A stretch of DNA of 64,000 nucleotides from Clostridia bacterium (GCA_900767195.1 CAAFYG010000078.1:32-64031), one strand, 5' to 3'; shown: positions 54,520 through 64,000, counted from the stretch's first letter. A program made the numbers and translations. Notes: generated by a model from the sequence alone, not told the origin.

Positions 54520-54861
54520 TTATAAATCCTGTCGCTCGGCAAGGATCTGCAAATAATCTTTCACGCGCGCTTTATCCTCGGGCGGCAGGCGGCGATACTC
54601 CGCCAAAATCCGCTTTTCGTCTCCGTTCAGGCGCGCGGGGTTGCCGCCGAAGGCGCGGGGCAAGCCGGGTTTTTCTTCTCTTTCCAGAAGTTCGTCGAGC
54701 GTTACGTTGAAATAATCGGCAATCGCGATCAGCGTTTCGTAGTTTGCCTGCCGCGCGCCTTTTTCATAATTCGCAAGCGTATTCGGATTGATGCCGATTT
54801 CCCGCGCCAGCTCACTTCTTTTCAAGCCGTGTTCAAGCCGCAATTCCTTTAAAATCATCAT
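54520..54861 (-). CDS. XRE-family HTH transcriptional regulator
   Basis: 'LKELRLEHGLKRSELAREIGINPNTLANYEKG'; C-terminal 'EKRILAEYRRLPPEDKARVKDYLQIL'. Confidence 0.8.
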   Translation of the reverse strand: MMILKELRLEHGLKRSELAREIGINPNTLANYEKGARQANYETLIAIADYFNVTLDELLEREEKPGLPRAFGGNPARLNGDEKRILAEYRRLPPEDKARVKDYLQILAERQDL

Positions 54862-54885
54862 CTTTTTTCCTTGCCTTTTAAATTT

Positions 54886-55020
54886 TATTCGCCCGTTTTG
54901 AGCAGTTTTTCAAAAAAATCATAACAAACGTCTCTGTTTTTTTGCTTATTTCGTTCAAAACGGATTGACAGTTGCGTGTTTTTATGATAAAATTAACTCA
55001 AAACGGGTTGTTTTTATATA
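54886..55020 (+). promoter_or_regulatory. Promoter (TTGACA-17-TAAAAT) flanked by three copies of a CTCAAAACGG-like motif between divergent XRE gene and small HTH gene
   Basis: cccgttttgag (54892), gttcaaaacgg (54953), ctcaaaacggg (55007). Confidence 0.4.
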
Positions 55021-55056
55021 TAAGACACAAAACGAACGAAAAAAAGGAGCATACAA

Positions 55057-55272
55057 ATGAAAGCGCAGAGCAAAAAGCCGGAAATAGTTTTGGAAATGTA
55101 CTACCGCCTGAAAAAGGGAATGGGTTTAGATGTCGGCGAAATTTCGCGGGAATTCGGTCTTAGCACGCGCACGTTTTATAGATACGCGCGCCTGATCCGT
55201 GCTTTTTTAGCGCAGCATCGGGAAGAATCGCTGATCAAAGACAGCCAAACGGGAAAATACCGCCTCGCGTAA
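55057..55272 (+). CDS. Small HTH-type DNA-binding protein (71 aa)
   Basis: AAAAAGGAGCA RBS; 'GEISREFGLSTRTFYRYARL' HTH-like. Confidence 0.45.
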   Translation: MKAQSKKPEIVLEMYYRLKKGMGLDVGEISREFGLSTRTFYRYARLIRAFLAQHREESLIKDSQTGKYRLA

Positions 55273-55359
55273 AAAACGTCGTAGAAATCGCAAAAAAATT
55301 ATTTTTTTATGATTTAAGGCTTCCCTTTTGGGAAGCCTTAGCGTACTTTTTCGATCAAC

Positions 55360-55809
55360 TTACAGATACTCTTTGAGTTTTGCCTCGAAACTCTCTTCAA
55401 GGGCGATAAGATCCCGCGTGATCGCCGAAATTTCTTTGTCGTCGTTCTCGGGGCGTTCGCCGTAAGAAGTTTTCAGCGAAGTCAGTCCCGTCACCGTGCC
55501 GCGGATCATCATGTCCGCGATATGCGAACGCGAATTATCCGTAAGCGTATTCATTTTAATCGAGCCTTTCATCATAGCTTTTTTCACAGAGCCCGGCTCT
55601 TTCACTTCGAGAGCCTTGTCTTTGGCGAGCATCGCGGCGCGCGCGCTGATTTTTTCGTATTCTTCGTGTTGCCGCACGATTTCGTCTTTCAAAGGCTCGT
55701 CTTCGATTTCCGGCAAAATATCCGAAATCGATTCTAAGGCAAGCTGACAATTTCTGTACACTTCGGCAAGCAATTCTTCGCTTTTTTTACGATCTTTTTT
55801 TTCGTCCAT
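55360..55809 (-). CDS. Hypothetical helical protein (149 aa)
   Basis: Strong GGAAAGGAGAAA RBS; no recognised family. Confidence 0.5.
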   Translation of the reverse strand: MDEKKDRKKSEELLAEVYRNCQLALESISDILPEIEDEPLKDEIVRQHEEYEKISARAAMLAKDKALEVKEPGSVKKAMMKGSIKMNTLTDNSRSHIADMMIRGTVTGLTSLKTSYGERPENDDKEISAITRDLIALEESFEAKLKEYL

Positions 55810-55930
55810 TTTTTAAATTTCTCCTTTCCCGTATGCGCATATTGCCGCAAAGCACACGCGCTTTTTACAAAAAGTATGCGAAAAAAGAACAAAAAATATA
55901 CCGTTTTGCAAAAAAACGGCGCAAAAACGC

Positions 55931-55959
55931 TTGACTTCGCGGCGGCGATATGATATAGT
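55931..55959 (+). promoter_or_regulatory. Promoter TTGACT-17-TATAGT for rplU, followed by hairpin-containing leader (possible L21-leader type element)
   Basis: ttgacttcgcggcggcgatatgatatagt; leader hairpin GAGCCGatagaaaCGGGCTtttt. Confidence 0.45.
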
Positions 55960-56087
55960 ATTTTCCGAGCCGATAGAAACGGGCTTTTTAAGTTTTGATT
56001 TTTTTTCGTTTTTTTGCCTGTCAAGGCGAAAAATCGGCAAAAACAAACGCCTGGAATCTTCGAGACTGGAAAGAGGAGGTAATACAC

Positions 56088-56393
56088 ATGTACGCAATCA
56101 TCGAGAACGGCAACAAGCAGTATAAGGTGGCGGAAGGCGATCTGGTAAGCGTTGAAAAGCTGAACGGCGCAGAAGGCGACAAGGTTTCGTTCAAGGCGTT
56201 GATGGTTTCCGACGGCGACGCGATCAAAGCGGGCGCAGAAGCGGAAAACGTGAAGGTGACGGGTACGATCGTGAAGCAAGGCAAAGCGGGAAAAATCATC
56301 GTTTTCAAGTACAAAGCCAAGAAGAACGAGCGTAAAAAGCAAGGTCACAGACAGCCTTTCACGTCGGTAAAGATCGAAAAGATCGAGCTGTAA
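56088..56393 (+). CDS. rplU: 50S ribosomal protein L21
   Basis: [14 protein letters not shown]...; GAGGAGGT RBS; ORF-track frame begins upstream at 55995. Confidence 0.9.
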   Translation: MYAIIENGNKQYKVAEGDLVSVEKLNGAEGDKVSFKALMVSDGDAIKAGAEAENVKVTGTIVKQGKAGKIIVFKYKAKKNERKKQGHRQPFTSVKIEKIEL

Positions 56394-56440
56394 TTTAAAG
56401 CAAACCGATGGCACAACACTAATCACAAGGAGAAATAAAA

Positions 56441-56725
56441 ATGATTTTCATCAGTTTATTCGCTCATAAAAAAGGTACGGGCTCTTCGCACAACGGGCGC
56501 GACAGCGAGGCAAAACGTCTCGGCGCGAAACGCAGCGACGGGCAGTCGGTGCTTGCGGGCAACATTCTCGTTCGCCAGAGAGGCACGAAAATTCACCCCG
56601 GCACAAACGTAGGCATCGGCAGCGACGATACGCTGTTTGCCCTTGCCGACGGCGTGGTACGCTTTGAAAAAATGGGCAAAAGCAAAAAAAAGGTGAGCGT
56701 TTATCCCGTAGCGGAACAGGCGTAA
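56441..56725 (+). CDS. rpmA: 50S ribosomal protein L27 with 7-residue N-terminal propeptide (MIFISLF|AHKKG)
   Basis: AAGGAGAAA RBS; mature N-terminus [15 protein letters not shown]. Confidence 0.9.
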   Translation: MIFISLFAHKKGTGSSHNGRDSEAKRLGAKRSDGQSVLAGNILVRQRGTKIHPGTNVGIGSDDTLFALADGVVRFEKMGKSKKKVSVYPVAEQA

Positions 56726-56756
56726 CCGAAAACAGACTTCATTTCAAAACAAACCA

Positions 56757-56792
56757 TAAAGAAGCGACTTTTTGTCGCTTCTTTATTTTTTA
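56757..56792 (+). terminator. Rho-independent terminator after rpmA
   Basis: AAGAAGCGAC-ttttt-GTCGCTTCTT-TATTTTTTAT. Confidence 0.7.
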
Positions 56793-56886
56793 TGCTTTTT
56801 TGCTTGCGTTTTTTACCGTTTTTTGATATAATATCACGCGAAAGCAATCTTATTGCTTTACTATCATTTATAAGGAACGAAAAACC

Positions 56887-57411
56887 ATGAAAAAATTTTT
56901 AAAAACCTTTTTGGCGGCATTTATCGCAGTAATCGCGCTGGCGTTTGCCGCCTGCGGCGGAATATTCGAAGGAAACATCGGCATCAGCGACAACGACAAA
57001 ACAAAAACGGAAAATGCCGTTCGTTTGCTGTACGAAACGGATGATTCTATCAAAAACGGTTACGAAATGAAGTGCAAAATCCGTGCTGAAAAAAACGCGG
57101 ATCTTAACAGAGATTTTATATTTGCCTTATCTTCTTCCGACCCGAATTTTTCGGATTCTTACACGGAATATACGTTATTTATGGCGAGAGGCAGCGATAT
57201 CGCGGCACTGAAGAAAGACGACGGTTCGTACGGGGATTTGCAGTTTATCGTTAAATTCGACGACCTTTCGAAATATTTCGAAGAAACTCAGGAAGAAAAA
57301 AAGGTTTATTTCGTATTACACTCCATAGGAGACGAAAAAAGCATATTTACTTATTCCTCCTCTTCTTACAATTACACTTTCGACGGAAAAAAACTGAAGC
57401 TTTCGTGGTAA
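56887..57411 (+). CDS. Putative lipoprotein (signal peptide with lipobox LAFAAC)
   Basis: MKKFLKTFLAAFIAVIALAFAACGG...; AAGGAACGAAAAACC RBS. Confidence 0.6.
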   Translation: MKKFLKTFLAAFIAVIALAFAACGGIFEGNIGISDNDKTKTENAVRLLYETDDSIKNGYEMKCKIRAEKNADLNRDFIFALSSSDPNFSDSYTEYTLFMARGSDIAALKKDDGSYGDLQFIVKFDDLSKYFEETQEEKKVYFVLHSIGDEKSIFTYSSSSYNYTFDGKKLKLSW

Positions 57412-57529
57412 ATTTTTACAGGAGAAAAAGTTACCGAATCATTTCGTAATCCGGGCGGAAATGCAAAACGTATTTTTTCACAGCGGAAAAAATTTTTTGA
57501 AAATTATGTGAAACCAGGCGTTTATTCGC

Positions 57530-57706
57530 TTGACAAACAAAACGTTATGTAGTATTATAATACGCAGAAAAAGGAAAACTACCTCTTTAATCGGGTGCCG
57601 AGACGCCCGCAAGACGTGAACCCCTTTCAAATTGCCGCCCGCTTTGCGCGCCGTCGGATTGAATTGAGATTTTTTAAAACGCGTCTTGATCAAGGCGCGT
57701 TTTTTT
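57530..57706 (+). promoter_or_regulatory. pyrR promoter (TTGACA-17-TATTATAAT) and leader with candidate PyrR-binding loop (UUUAAUCGGGUGCCGAGACGCCCGCAAG) and intrinsic terminator (57678-57706): transcription attenuator
   Basis: AACGCG-tcttgatcaagg-CGCGTT-TTTTTTT upstream of pyrR RBS. Confidence 0.5.
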
Positions 57707-57781
57707 CCGCAAAAATTTCAGCAAAATTTTCCGCACCGATAAAAAACATTCGGCGAGCCGCGATAAAACGGTGAAAAATAA

Positions 57782-58345
<564 letters not shown>

Positions 58346-58403
58346 AAAATCGGCTTTGAAAATTCAAAAGAAAAAATTTTTTAAGTAAAGGAGAGAAAAC
58401 TTT

Positions 58404-59834
58404 ATGAAACTCGTTTACCAGGTGAAAGACAAACCGCCTTTCGGAAAAACGCTTGTGTTCGCGTTGCAGCAACTGCTCGCGATTCTTGCGGCAACGATCG
58501 CCGTTCCTGCAATCGTAGGAAACGGAATGTCTCAATCTGCGGCTTTGTTTGGCGCGGGCGTGGGCACGTTTGTGTACCTGCTTTTCACGAAATTCAGAAG
58601 CCCTGTATTCTTAGGCTCGTCTTTCGCATTTTTAGGCTCGATGGCGGCGGCGTTTGCCGGCGGCGTATCGATGTCGGTGGGATATCTCGGTCTGATCATC
58701 GGCGCGGGCTTTGCGGGACTTGTCTACGTAGTCATCGCCCTGATCGTGAAAAAAGCGGGCGTAAACTGGCTGAACAAACTGATGCCGGCGGTAGTGATCG
58801 GCCCTACGGTAGCGATCATCGGTTTGTCGCTTGCGGGCAACGCGGTAAGCGATATGATGAAAGGCGGCTTGCAGGTGAATAACTCGCCCGTATGCAACAC
58901 GTACGTAGCTTTACTTTGCGCGCTCGTAACTCTCTTCACCGTGGTTGCCTGCTCGGTTTACGGCAAGAAAATGGCGAAAATGATTCCGTTCATCATCGGT
59001 ATCGTAGCCGGCTATGCGGTTGCGGCGATCTTCACGGGAATCGGCTACGCGGCGAAAGTAGACGCGCTGAAAGTAATCGATTTCACAAAGTTCAAGAATA
59101 TGCAGTGGTATCCCGATTTCGCGTTTATCGAAGCGTTCAAAGGCAATTATGTCTATGGTGCAGGCGGCTCGTTCGGCACTTACCTTCTTACGATTTTCGT
59201 AGCGTATGCGCCCGTAGCGTTCGTGGTTTTTGCGGAACACGTAGCCGATCATAAAAACCTTTCTTCGATTATCGAACACGATCTTCTCACCGATCCTGGT
59301 CTTGACAAAACGCTTCTCGGCGACGGCATAGGCTCGATCGTAGGCGCGTTCTTCGGCGGTTGCCCCAACACCACGTACGGCGAATCCGTAGGCTGCGTAG
59401 CAATTTCCGGCAACGCTTCGGTGGTAACGATTTTCACAACGGCGATTATGGCGATTGTAATTTCCTTCTTTGCTCCGTTCGTAACCTTCCTGGCTACGAT
59501 TCCCAACTGCGTAATGGGCGGCGTTTGCATGACGTTGTACGGCTTCATCGCCGTATCCGGCTTGAAGATGATTCAGAAAGTCGATCTCGAAAACAACAAA
59601 AACCTGTTCGTGGTATCCGTCATTCTTATCGCGGGTATCGGCGGTTTCACGCTGACTTTCGGAAAAGTGACGATCACTTCGATTGCGTGCGCCCTGATTC
59701 TCGGTATTCTCACCAATGTGCTTTGCTCGATCGGCGGCAAAAAAGAAGCGGAAGTCGAAGGCGTAACGGCTGAAGACGCAACGATTGCGGAATCGATGGA
59801 AACTTCCGAAAACGACGAAAACAAAGCGGAATAA
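58404..59834 (+). CDS. pyrP: Uracil permease (NCS2 family)
   Basis: 476 aa, ~12-14 TM, NCS2 signature region; pyrR-pyrP synteny as in Bacillus. Confidence 0.85.
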   Translation: MKLVYQVKDKPPFGKTLVFALQQLLAILAATIAVPAIVGNGMSQSAALFGAGVGTFVYLLFTKFRSPVFLGSSFAFLGSMAAAFAGGVSMSVGYLGLIIGAGFAGLVYVVIALIVKKAGVNWLNKLMPAVVIGPTVAIIGLSLAGNAVSDMMKGGLQVNNSPVCNTYVALLCALVTLFTVVACSVYGKKMAKMIPFIIGIVAGYAVAAIFTGIGYAAKVDALKVIDFTKFKNMQWYPDFAFIEAFKGNYVYGAGGSFGTYLLTIFVAYAPVAFVVFAEHVADHKNLSSIIEHDLLTDPGLDKTLLGDGIGSIVGAFFGGCPNTTYGESVGCVAISGNASVVTIFTTAIMAIVISFFAPFVTFLATIPNCVMGGVCMTLYGFIAVSGLKMIQKVDLENNKNLFVVSVILIAGIGGFTLTFGKVTITSIACALILGILTNVLCSIGGKKEAEVEGVTAEDATIAESMETSENDENKAE

Positions 59835-59907
59835 TTCCGAGAAATAAGTAAGGCTATGCCGCGCAGAACTTGCGCGGCATACAAGCCGAAAAAACGATAT
59901 AGAGTTT

Positions 59908-59946
59908 TACCGCCGCGGGCGATCGTCCGCGGCGGTATTTGTTTTA
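59908..59946 (+). terminator. Rho-independent terminator after pyrP
   Basis: ACCGCCGCGG-gcgatcgtc-CGCGGCGGT-ATTTGTTTT. Confidence 0.6.
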
Positions 59947-59947
59947 A

Positions 59948-60250
59948 TAATTGCCTATACTATAAGCCTTCCCCCCGGGGGGCGGGCGTCGCCCGTTTCG
60001 TAACGCACCCACAGGGTGTTTCGTAACAGACTTTTACAAACAGCTTACAATTTTAATAATTGCCTTTGATATAGCCTTCACCTCGGGGGGAAGGTGGACA
60101 AAACGAAGTTTTGGACGGATGAGGGGCGTAGCCCATTTTTGATTTTTTGAATATTTCGGAAGAAACTTCTGAAAATCAAGGGGCGCAGCTTGTTTTCCGC
60201 TAAGCCCATTTTTTTTCTGAATTTTTTTGAGAAAAAATTTCAGAAAAAAA
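59948..60250. repeat. Mosaic palindromic repeat cluster (family member F), near-duplicate of cluster at 11060
   Basis: 'taattgcctttgatatagccttcacctcggggggaaggtggacaaaacgaagttttggacggatgaggggcgtagcccatttttgatttttt gaatatttcggaagaaacttctgaaaatcaaggggcgcagc'. Confidence 0.75.
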
Positions 60251-60294
60251 CGGCTTATCGCCGCTTGTTTTTTCTCATTAAAATCATTAAAAAC

Positions 60295-60813
60295 TTATAA
60301 ATAAATCACCCGATCGCCTTTCGCTCGCAGAAACTTTTTCACGGTGTACGCCGTGCCTCCCTTTTCTTTTCGCAAAAAAGCAATCAAGGTATCCGCCGCT
60401 TCCGCAAGACGATCGTTGCGATAGCTCATACACCACCTTGTATACTCTTCGAAAAACGTTTTCGAAAGCGTGGGGTCGGCGTTGTCTTTCAGATGCATAT
60501 ACCGAGCGATTTCTTCGTCGTTCATTTTTTCGTACTGTTTTTCGTAGGGAACGTACGCAATCAGCCGTATTTGCGGATACAATTTTTTCAAAGAAAGCAC
60601 ACATTCGCCCGCGAGCATGTCAAAACCGCGCGCCATACCGCAATAAAAATCCGTCGCGCCGTTTTTTATGCAATTTTCTACCGTTTCGTACAGTTTCGCG
60701 GCGGAAAAATCGGGGTATTTTTCAATTTCTCTGTGCCCAGTAAACGCTACGCTTTTTATCGGCTTTTCCATTTGTAAAAGCTCGATTTTCAGTTGTTTTT
60801 GCTGTGTTTCCAT
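60295..60813 (-). CDS. DUF1273 (YpsA-like, SLOG superfamily) protein
   Basis: 'SVAFTGHRE' N-terminal motif and overall YpsA-like layout. Confidence 0.65.
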   Translation of the reverse strand: METQQKQLKIELLQMEKPIKSVAFTGHREIEKYPDFSAAKLYETVENCIKNGATDFYCGMARGFDMLAGECVLSLKKLYPQIRLIAYVPYEKQYEKMNDEEIARYMHLKDNADPTLSKTFFEEYTRWCMSYRNDRLAEAADTLIAFLRKEKGGTAYTVKKFLRAKGDRVIYL

Positions 60814-60827
60814 CGTTTTTTTTGCCT

Positions 60828-61526
60828 TTACAGCGGTTGTTTTCTCTCTTTTCCGTTCCCGCGCGGGTATTTCGCCGGCGTCTGATTTACTTTTTTCACC
60901 ACGGCAAGATTTCTCTCGCCGTATCCTTCGGGCAGCTCATAGGGGAAAATTTCCGTTTTCTCTCCTCCAAGCTCTTTCACGGCGCGTTTCGCTTCATCTA
61001 TTTCCGCCGTATCCGCGCTTTTATAGGCGATAAAAGCTCCGCCTTTTTTCACGAGCGGCATCGAATATTCGCACAAAACGTTCATCCGCGCCACCGCCCG
61101 TGCCACCGCAAAATCAAAATTTTCGCGGTACTTTTTCTCCCGCGCGGCGTCCTCGGAACGCATATTACAAATATTCATTCCAAAAAACCCGAGTTTATCC
61201 ACAATAAACCTTAAAAAATCGCACTTTTTCCCAACGCTTTCAAACAAGGTAAAACGCAGATCTTCCCGCAAAATTTTGAGCGGCACCGAAGGAAACCCCG
61301 CGCCCGATCCGATTTCGGCAACGCTCGCGCCTTGAAAAAACAACTCGCGCGCCGCCGCCGAATCGAGAAAATGCTTATACGTCACGTCCTTTTCTCCGGT
61401 GATCGCGGTGAGATTATATTTTTCGTTGAATTCAAGCAAATAAGCGCGGAAAGCTTCGAATTTTTCGCGATATTCCCCGCAGATCAGCCTTAAATTTTCT
61501 TCTGTATTCACAACGAATTTTTCCAT
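60828..61526 (-). CDS. rsmG: 16S rRNA (guanine527-N7)-methyltransferase RsmG (GidB)
   Basis: 'NLTAI', 'HFLDS', 'ASVAEIGSGAGFPSVPLKI' SAM-binding motifs. Confidence 0.9.
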   Translation of the reverse strand: MEKFVVNTEENLRLICGEYREKFEAFRAYLLEFNEKYNLTAITGEKDVTYKHFLDSAAARELFFQGASVAEIGSGAGFPSVPLKILREDLRFTLFESVGKKCDFLRFIVDKLGFFGMNICNMRSEDAAREKKYRENFDFAVARAVARMNVLCEYSMPLVKKGGAFIAYKSADTAEIDEAKRAVKELGGEKTEIFPYELPEGYGERNLAVVKKVNQTPAKYPRGNGKERKQPL

Positions 61527-61589
61527 ACGTCCATTATATCACAAGCCTGAAAAAAACACAAGTTTTTTTAATACCTCTCTTTATTTTCC

Positions 61590-61900
61590 TTTTTCCACAG
61601 ATTCCACATTTTATTGTTTCTGCTTTTTCCACTTATCCACATTTTCTGTGGATAACTTTTATTTTTTCATAATTATGCATTTTTTTCTTATATTTGCACG
61701 GTCAATTTTCCCACGATTTTGTTTTTCTTCCACTTATCCACATTTTTCTTCCACCTTTCTTCCACAAATTTTATTCTCTTTTCCACATTCTAAAAAAGCT
61801 TGAAAATAAAGGGATTTTTCGCGTTTTTTTTCTCTTATCCACAATTCCACTCCGCCTAATATTATTACTAATATTCGATATGTAATAACAATCAACTGCA
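61590..61900. other. oriC-like DnaA-box cluster plus AT-rich unwinding element
   Basis: Perfect TTATCCACA at 61633-61641 (+), 61647-61655 (-), 61734-61742 (+), 61835-61843 (+); one-mismatch boxes at 61591, 61779; AT-rich 61858-61900. Confidence 0.75.
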
Positions 61901-62016
61901 CGGAAAGAGCCGCAAATTTTTTGGGGATCTAAGAAAAATTTTTTCGTCCGCGCAGATCCTATCGGAAAGGGAAAAACGAAAATCAAAAGAAATTTTTTTA
62001 TATAAAAGATTTTTGC

Positions 62017-62045
62017 TTGCAAAAATACACGGAATATGGTACAAT
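62017..62045 (+). promoter_or_regulatory. dnaN promoter TTGCAA-17-TGgTACAAT (extended -10) with ~120-nt leader
   Basis: ttgcaaaaatacacggaatatggtacaat. Confidence 0.45.
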
Positions 62046-62169
62046 GTACGGGTGAGAATAAGGCTTTTTCTCTGTTTTGTTATCATTTTCTTCTTGCCGC
62101 GGTAAAGCGGAAAGAAACCGGGTATACACAGAAAAAAGAAAAGCCGTTTCAAGGGAGGTTTAGCAAGCT

Positions 62170-63270
62170 ATGAAATTCGTATGCGATTCCATCGATTTAT
62201 CTTACGCGGCAGGCACCGTGGTGAAAGCCTGCGCCGTGAGAACTCTCACGCCCGTGCTTGAATGTATCAGAATGCAGGTGAAAAACGACGGCGTTACGCT
62301 TTCCGCTTACGACGGCGAACTTTCGATCGAAAAAAGCTTTAAAGCAGACGTTCTGGAAGAAGGCGAAGCATGCGTGAACGGCAGACTTTTCACCGATTTT
62401 ATCGGCAAAATCGGCAATACGCAGATCACCGTAGGCACGGAAGAGCAAGGTCTTGAAATTCGCTACGACGATTCGCGTTCGTTTATGCAGGTGCTTCCCG
62501 CCGACGAATTTCCTCGCCTCGACTGCGGCGAAAGTATCGGCTCGTTCGAAGTGGAAGAAGGCAAATTCAAAAATCTCGTGGCGCGCAGTATTTTTTGTTG
62601 CGCGTCCGATGATTCCCGCCCTATTTTAAAGGGCTGTCTTTTAGAAACGGAAGGCGGCATGCTCCGCGCTTCCGCGCTCGACGGCTACCGTATGGCCACC
62701 ACCGAATGTGAAATCGCCGGCGGCGACGACGGCAAAAAAATCGTATGCCCGGCGCGTACGCTCGGCGAAATTTCAAGAATGCTCGCGGGGGCGGATAAGC
62801 TTTTAAAAGTAGAATTTTCGGCGAACCATCTGCGCGTCGTCGTAGACGAAACCACGCTGATTTCTCGCTTGTATACGGGCGAATTCGTAAAGCGCGAGAA
62901 TATTTTCCCGCCTTCATTCACCACGGAAGTCACTTTGAAGCGCACGGAACTTATCGAGAGCGTAGAGCGCGCGAGCGTTCTTATCCGCGGCGAGAAAAAC
63001 AACCTGATCATTATGGAAGTGAAAGGCGGCGCGGTGTACGTAACGGCAAATTCCGAAATCGGCAACGTGGCGGAAAAGGTGAACGCCGTGCTTGAAGGCA
63101 AAGAAATCCGCATCGCCATGAACGGAAAATACGTGCTTGACGCTTTAAAAGCGCTCGACGAAGAAGAGATCGTGATGTATATGAATACGCCGATCGCGCC
63201 GTTCGTTCTGAAAAATAAAAAAAATAAATACGGGGCATATCTCATTTTACCTGTGAGAACAACCGCATAA
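62170..63270 (+). CDS. dnaN: DNA polymerase III subunit beta (sliding clamp)
   Basis: 366 aa, three-domain clamp; 'ARTLGEISRML', C-terminal 'LILPVR'; AGGGAGG RBS. Confidence 0.95.
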   Translation: MKFVCDSIDLSYAAGTVVKACAVRTLTPVLECIRMQVKNDGVTLSAYDGELSIEKSFKADVLEEGEACVNGRLFTDFIGKIGNTQITVGTEEQGLEIRYDDSRSFMQVLPADEFPRLDCGESIGSFEVEEGKFKNLVARSIFCCASDDSRPILKGCLLETEGGMLRASALDGYRMATTECEIAGGDDGKKIVCPARTLGEISRMLAGADKLLKVEFSANHLRVVVDETTLISRLYTGEFVKRENIFPPSFTTEVTLKRTELIESVERASVLIRGEKNNLIIMEVKGGAVYVTANSEIGNVAEKVNAVLEGKEIRIAMNGKYVLDALKALDEEEIVMYMNTPIAPFVLKNKKNKYGAYLILPVRTTA

Positions 63271-63274
63271 ACGC

Positions 63275-63303
63275 TTGACGAGGCGAGCCGTTTTGTGTAT
63301 AAT
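63275..63303 (+). promoter_or_regulatory. rpmH promoter TTGACG-17-TATAAT
   Basis: ttgacgaggcgagccgttttgtgtataat. Confidence 0.5.
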
Positions 63304-63383
63304 AAACGGGATAGTCGCTTTCGGGCGCAAAAAAACGATAAAAATTCGATAAGAGATCTTAAAGATCGTAAGGAGAAACAATC

Positions 63384-63518
63384 ATGAAAAGAACGTACCA
63401 ACCCAAGAAAAGACAGAGAAGCAAAGTACACGGATTCAGAGAAAGAATGTCTACGAAAGGCGGAAGAAATGTTTTGAAGAGAAGAAGAAACAAGGGAAGA
63501 AAGCAGCTTTCCAAGTAA
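63384..63518 (+). CDS. rpmH: 50S ribosomal protein L34
   Basis: [44 protein letters not shown]; AAGGAGAAACAATC RBS. Confidence 0.95.
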   Translation: MKRTYQPKKRQRSKVHGFRERMSTKGGRNVLKRRRNKGRKQLSK

Positions 63519-63705
63519 TCTTTGCGTGAAAAAAAGCGGCGTGCCGCGATAAAAAACGCGTTTCAAAAAGCATTTCCGCGCTGAAAAAAGCGGAAAAAAA
63601 GCCGCATTTTTGCCGTTTTTCGGCGTATGCGGCTGTTCGTTTTATTGATAAACGGCGGAATCCGGCGAAAAATCGCGGCGGAACGCACGAAAAGCGGGTA
63701 GAAAG

Positions 63706-64000
63706 GTGGAGTATAAAAGGCTGAAAAAACAAACGGAAATACAGCAGCTTTTCAGAAACGGAAAGCGCGCGTTTTCGGGCAGTCTTACGCTTTTGTATCT
63801 CCCGGCGGAAGAACATTTTTTCGCGGTATCCGTGGGAAAGAAGCACGGAAAAAGCGTACAGAGAAACAGGATCAAGCGGCTTTTGCGCGAAGCGTACCGG
63901 CTGAATATCAAAAATCTGCGCGGCACGTATAAAATCGTGGCTTTACCGAAGGTAAAAGACGAGTATTCTTTTTCCGCGTTCGATAAAGACGTGAAAGAAA
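63706..64000 (+). CDS. rnpA: Ribonuclease P protein component (partial, continues beyond window)
   Basis: GTG start; 'RLKKQTEIQQLFRNGKRAFSGSLTLLY...NRIKRLLREAYRL' RnpA signature. Confidence 0.8.
   Translation, partial: MEYKRLKKQTEIQQLFRNGKRAFSGSLTLLYLPAEEHFFAVSVGKKHGKSVQRNRIKRLLREAYRLNIKNLRGTYKIVALPKVKDEYSFSAFDKDVKE

Noticed and set aside
61527-62169. A short or degenerate dnaA remnant hidden in the rsmG-dnaN spacer
   Set aside because: No ORF in either strand of this 643-bp region resembles DnaA (no Walker A GxxGxGKT or DnaA signature). Only DnaA boxes and promoter elements are present.

Overview
This window is a chromosome-origin-proximal region, about 55% GC, of what looks like an endospore-forming Firmicute (probably Clostridia). 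The supporting genes are spoVT, two YitT paralogs, a YpsA-like DUF1273 protein, and the tig-clpP-clpX-lon-engB order. It is densely packed with housekeeping genes: ftsH, alaS, cysS, lysS, greA, tmk, mutY, glcK, the ktrAB/trkAH potassium uptake pair, mgtE, pyrR-pyrP, rplU-rpmA, rqcH, rsmG, dnaN-rpmH-rnpA, plus a Wzx/Wzy-type polysaccharide locus and a GH2 beta-galactosidase. No rRNA, tRNA or CRISPR arrays were recognised. The ORF track reports GTG/TTG starts as M; several starts were re-placed on internal ATG codons with good Shine-Dalgarno sites.

The most unusual features are:
- An oriC-like DnaA-box cluster (at least 4 perfect TTATCCACA boxes) lies between rsmG and dnaN with no dnaA gene, and dnaN is followed directly by rpmH-rnpA.
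- A family of mosaic palindromic intergenic repeat clusters occurs at six or more loci.
- An XRE-family regulator gene is interrupted in frame by a 231-bp segment bounded by 22-bp inverted repeats, and the roughly 1.1-kb region from ~13020 to ~14135 containing this pseudogene and an intact XRE gene is flanked by identical 35-bp hairpins.
- A promoter, a long hairpin leader and an intrinsic terminator sit upstream of a zinc-ribbon/EcsC-like gene pair inserted between lon and clpX.
- A short AlaS lacks the C-Ala domain.
- An L27 propeptide is present without an adjacent prp gene.
- Trigger factor carries a histone-H1-like Lys/Ala tail.

All coordinates and family assignments come from reading the sequence and translations without database searches, so they should be confirmed computationally.
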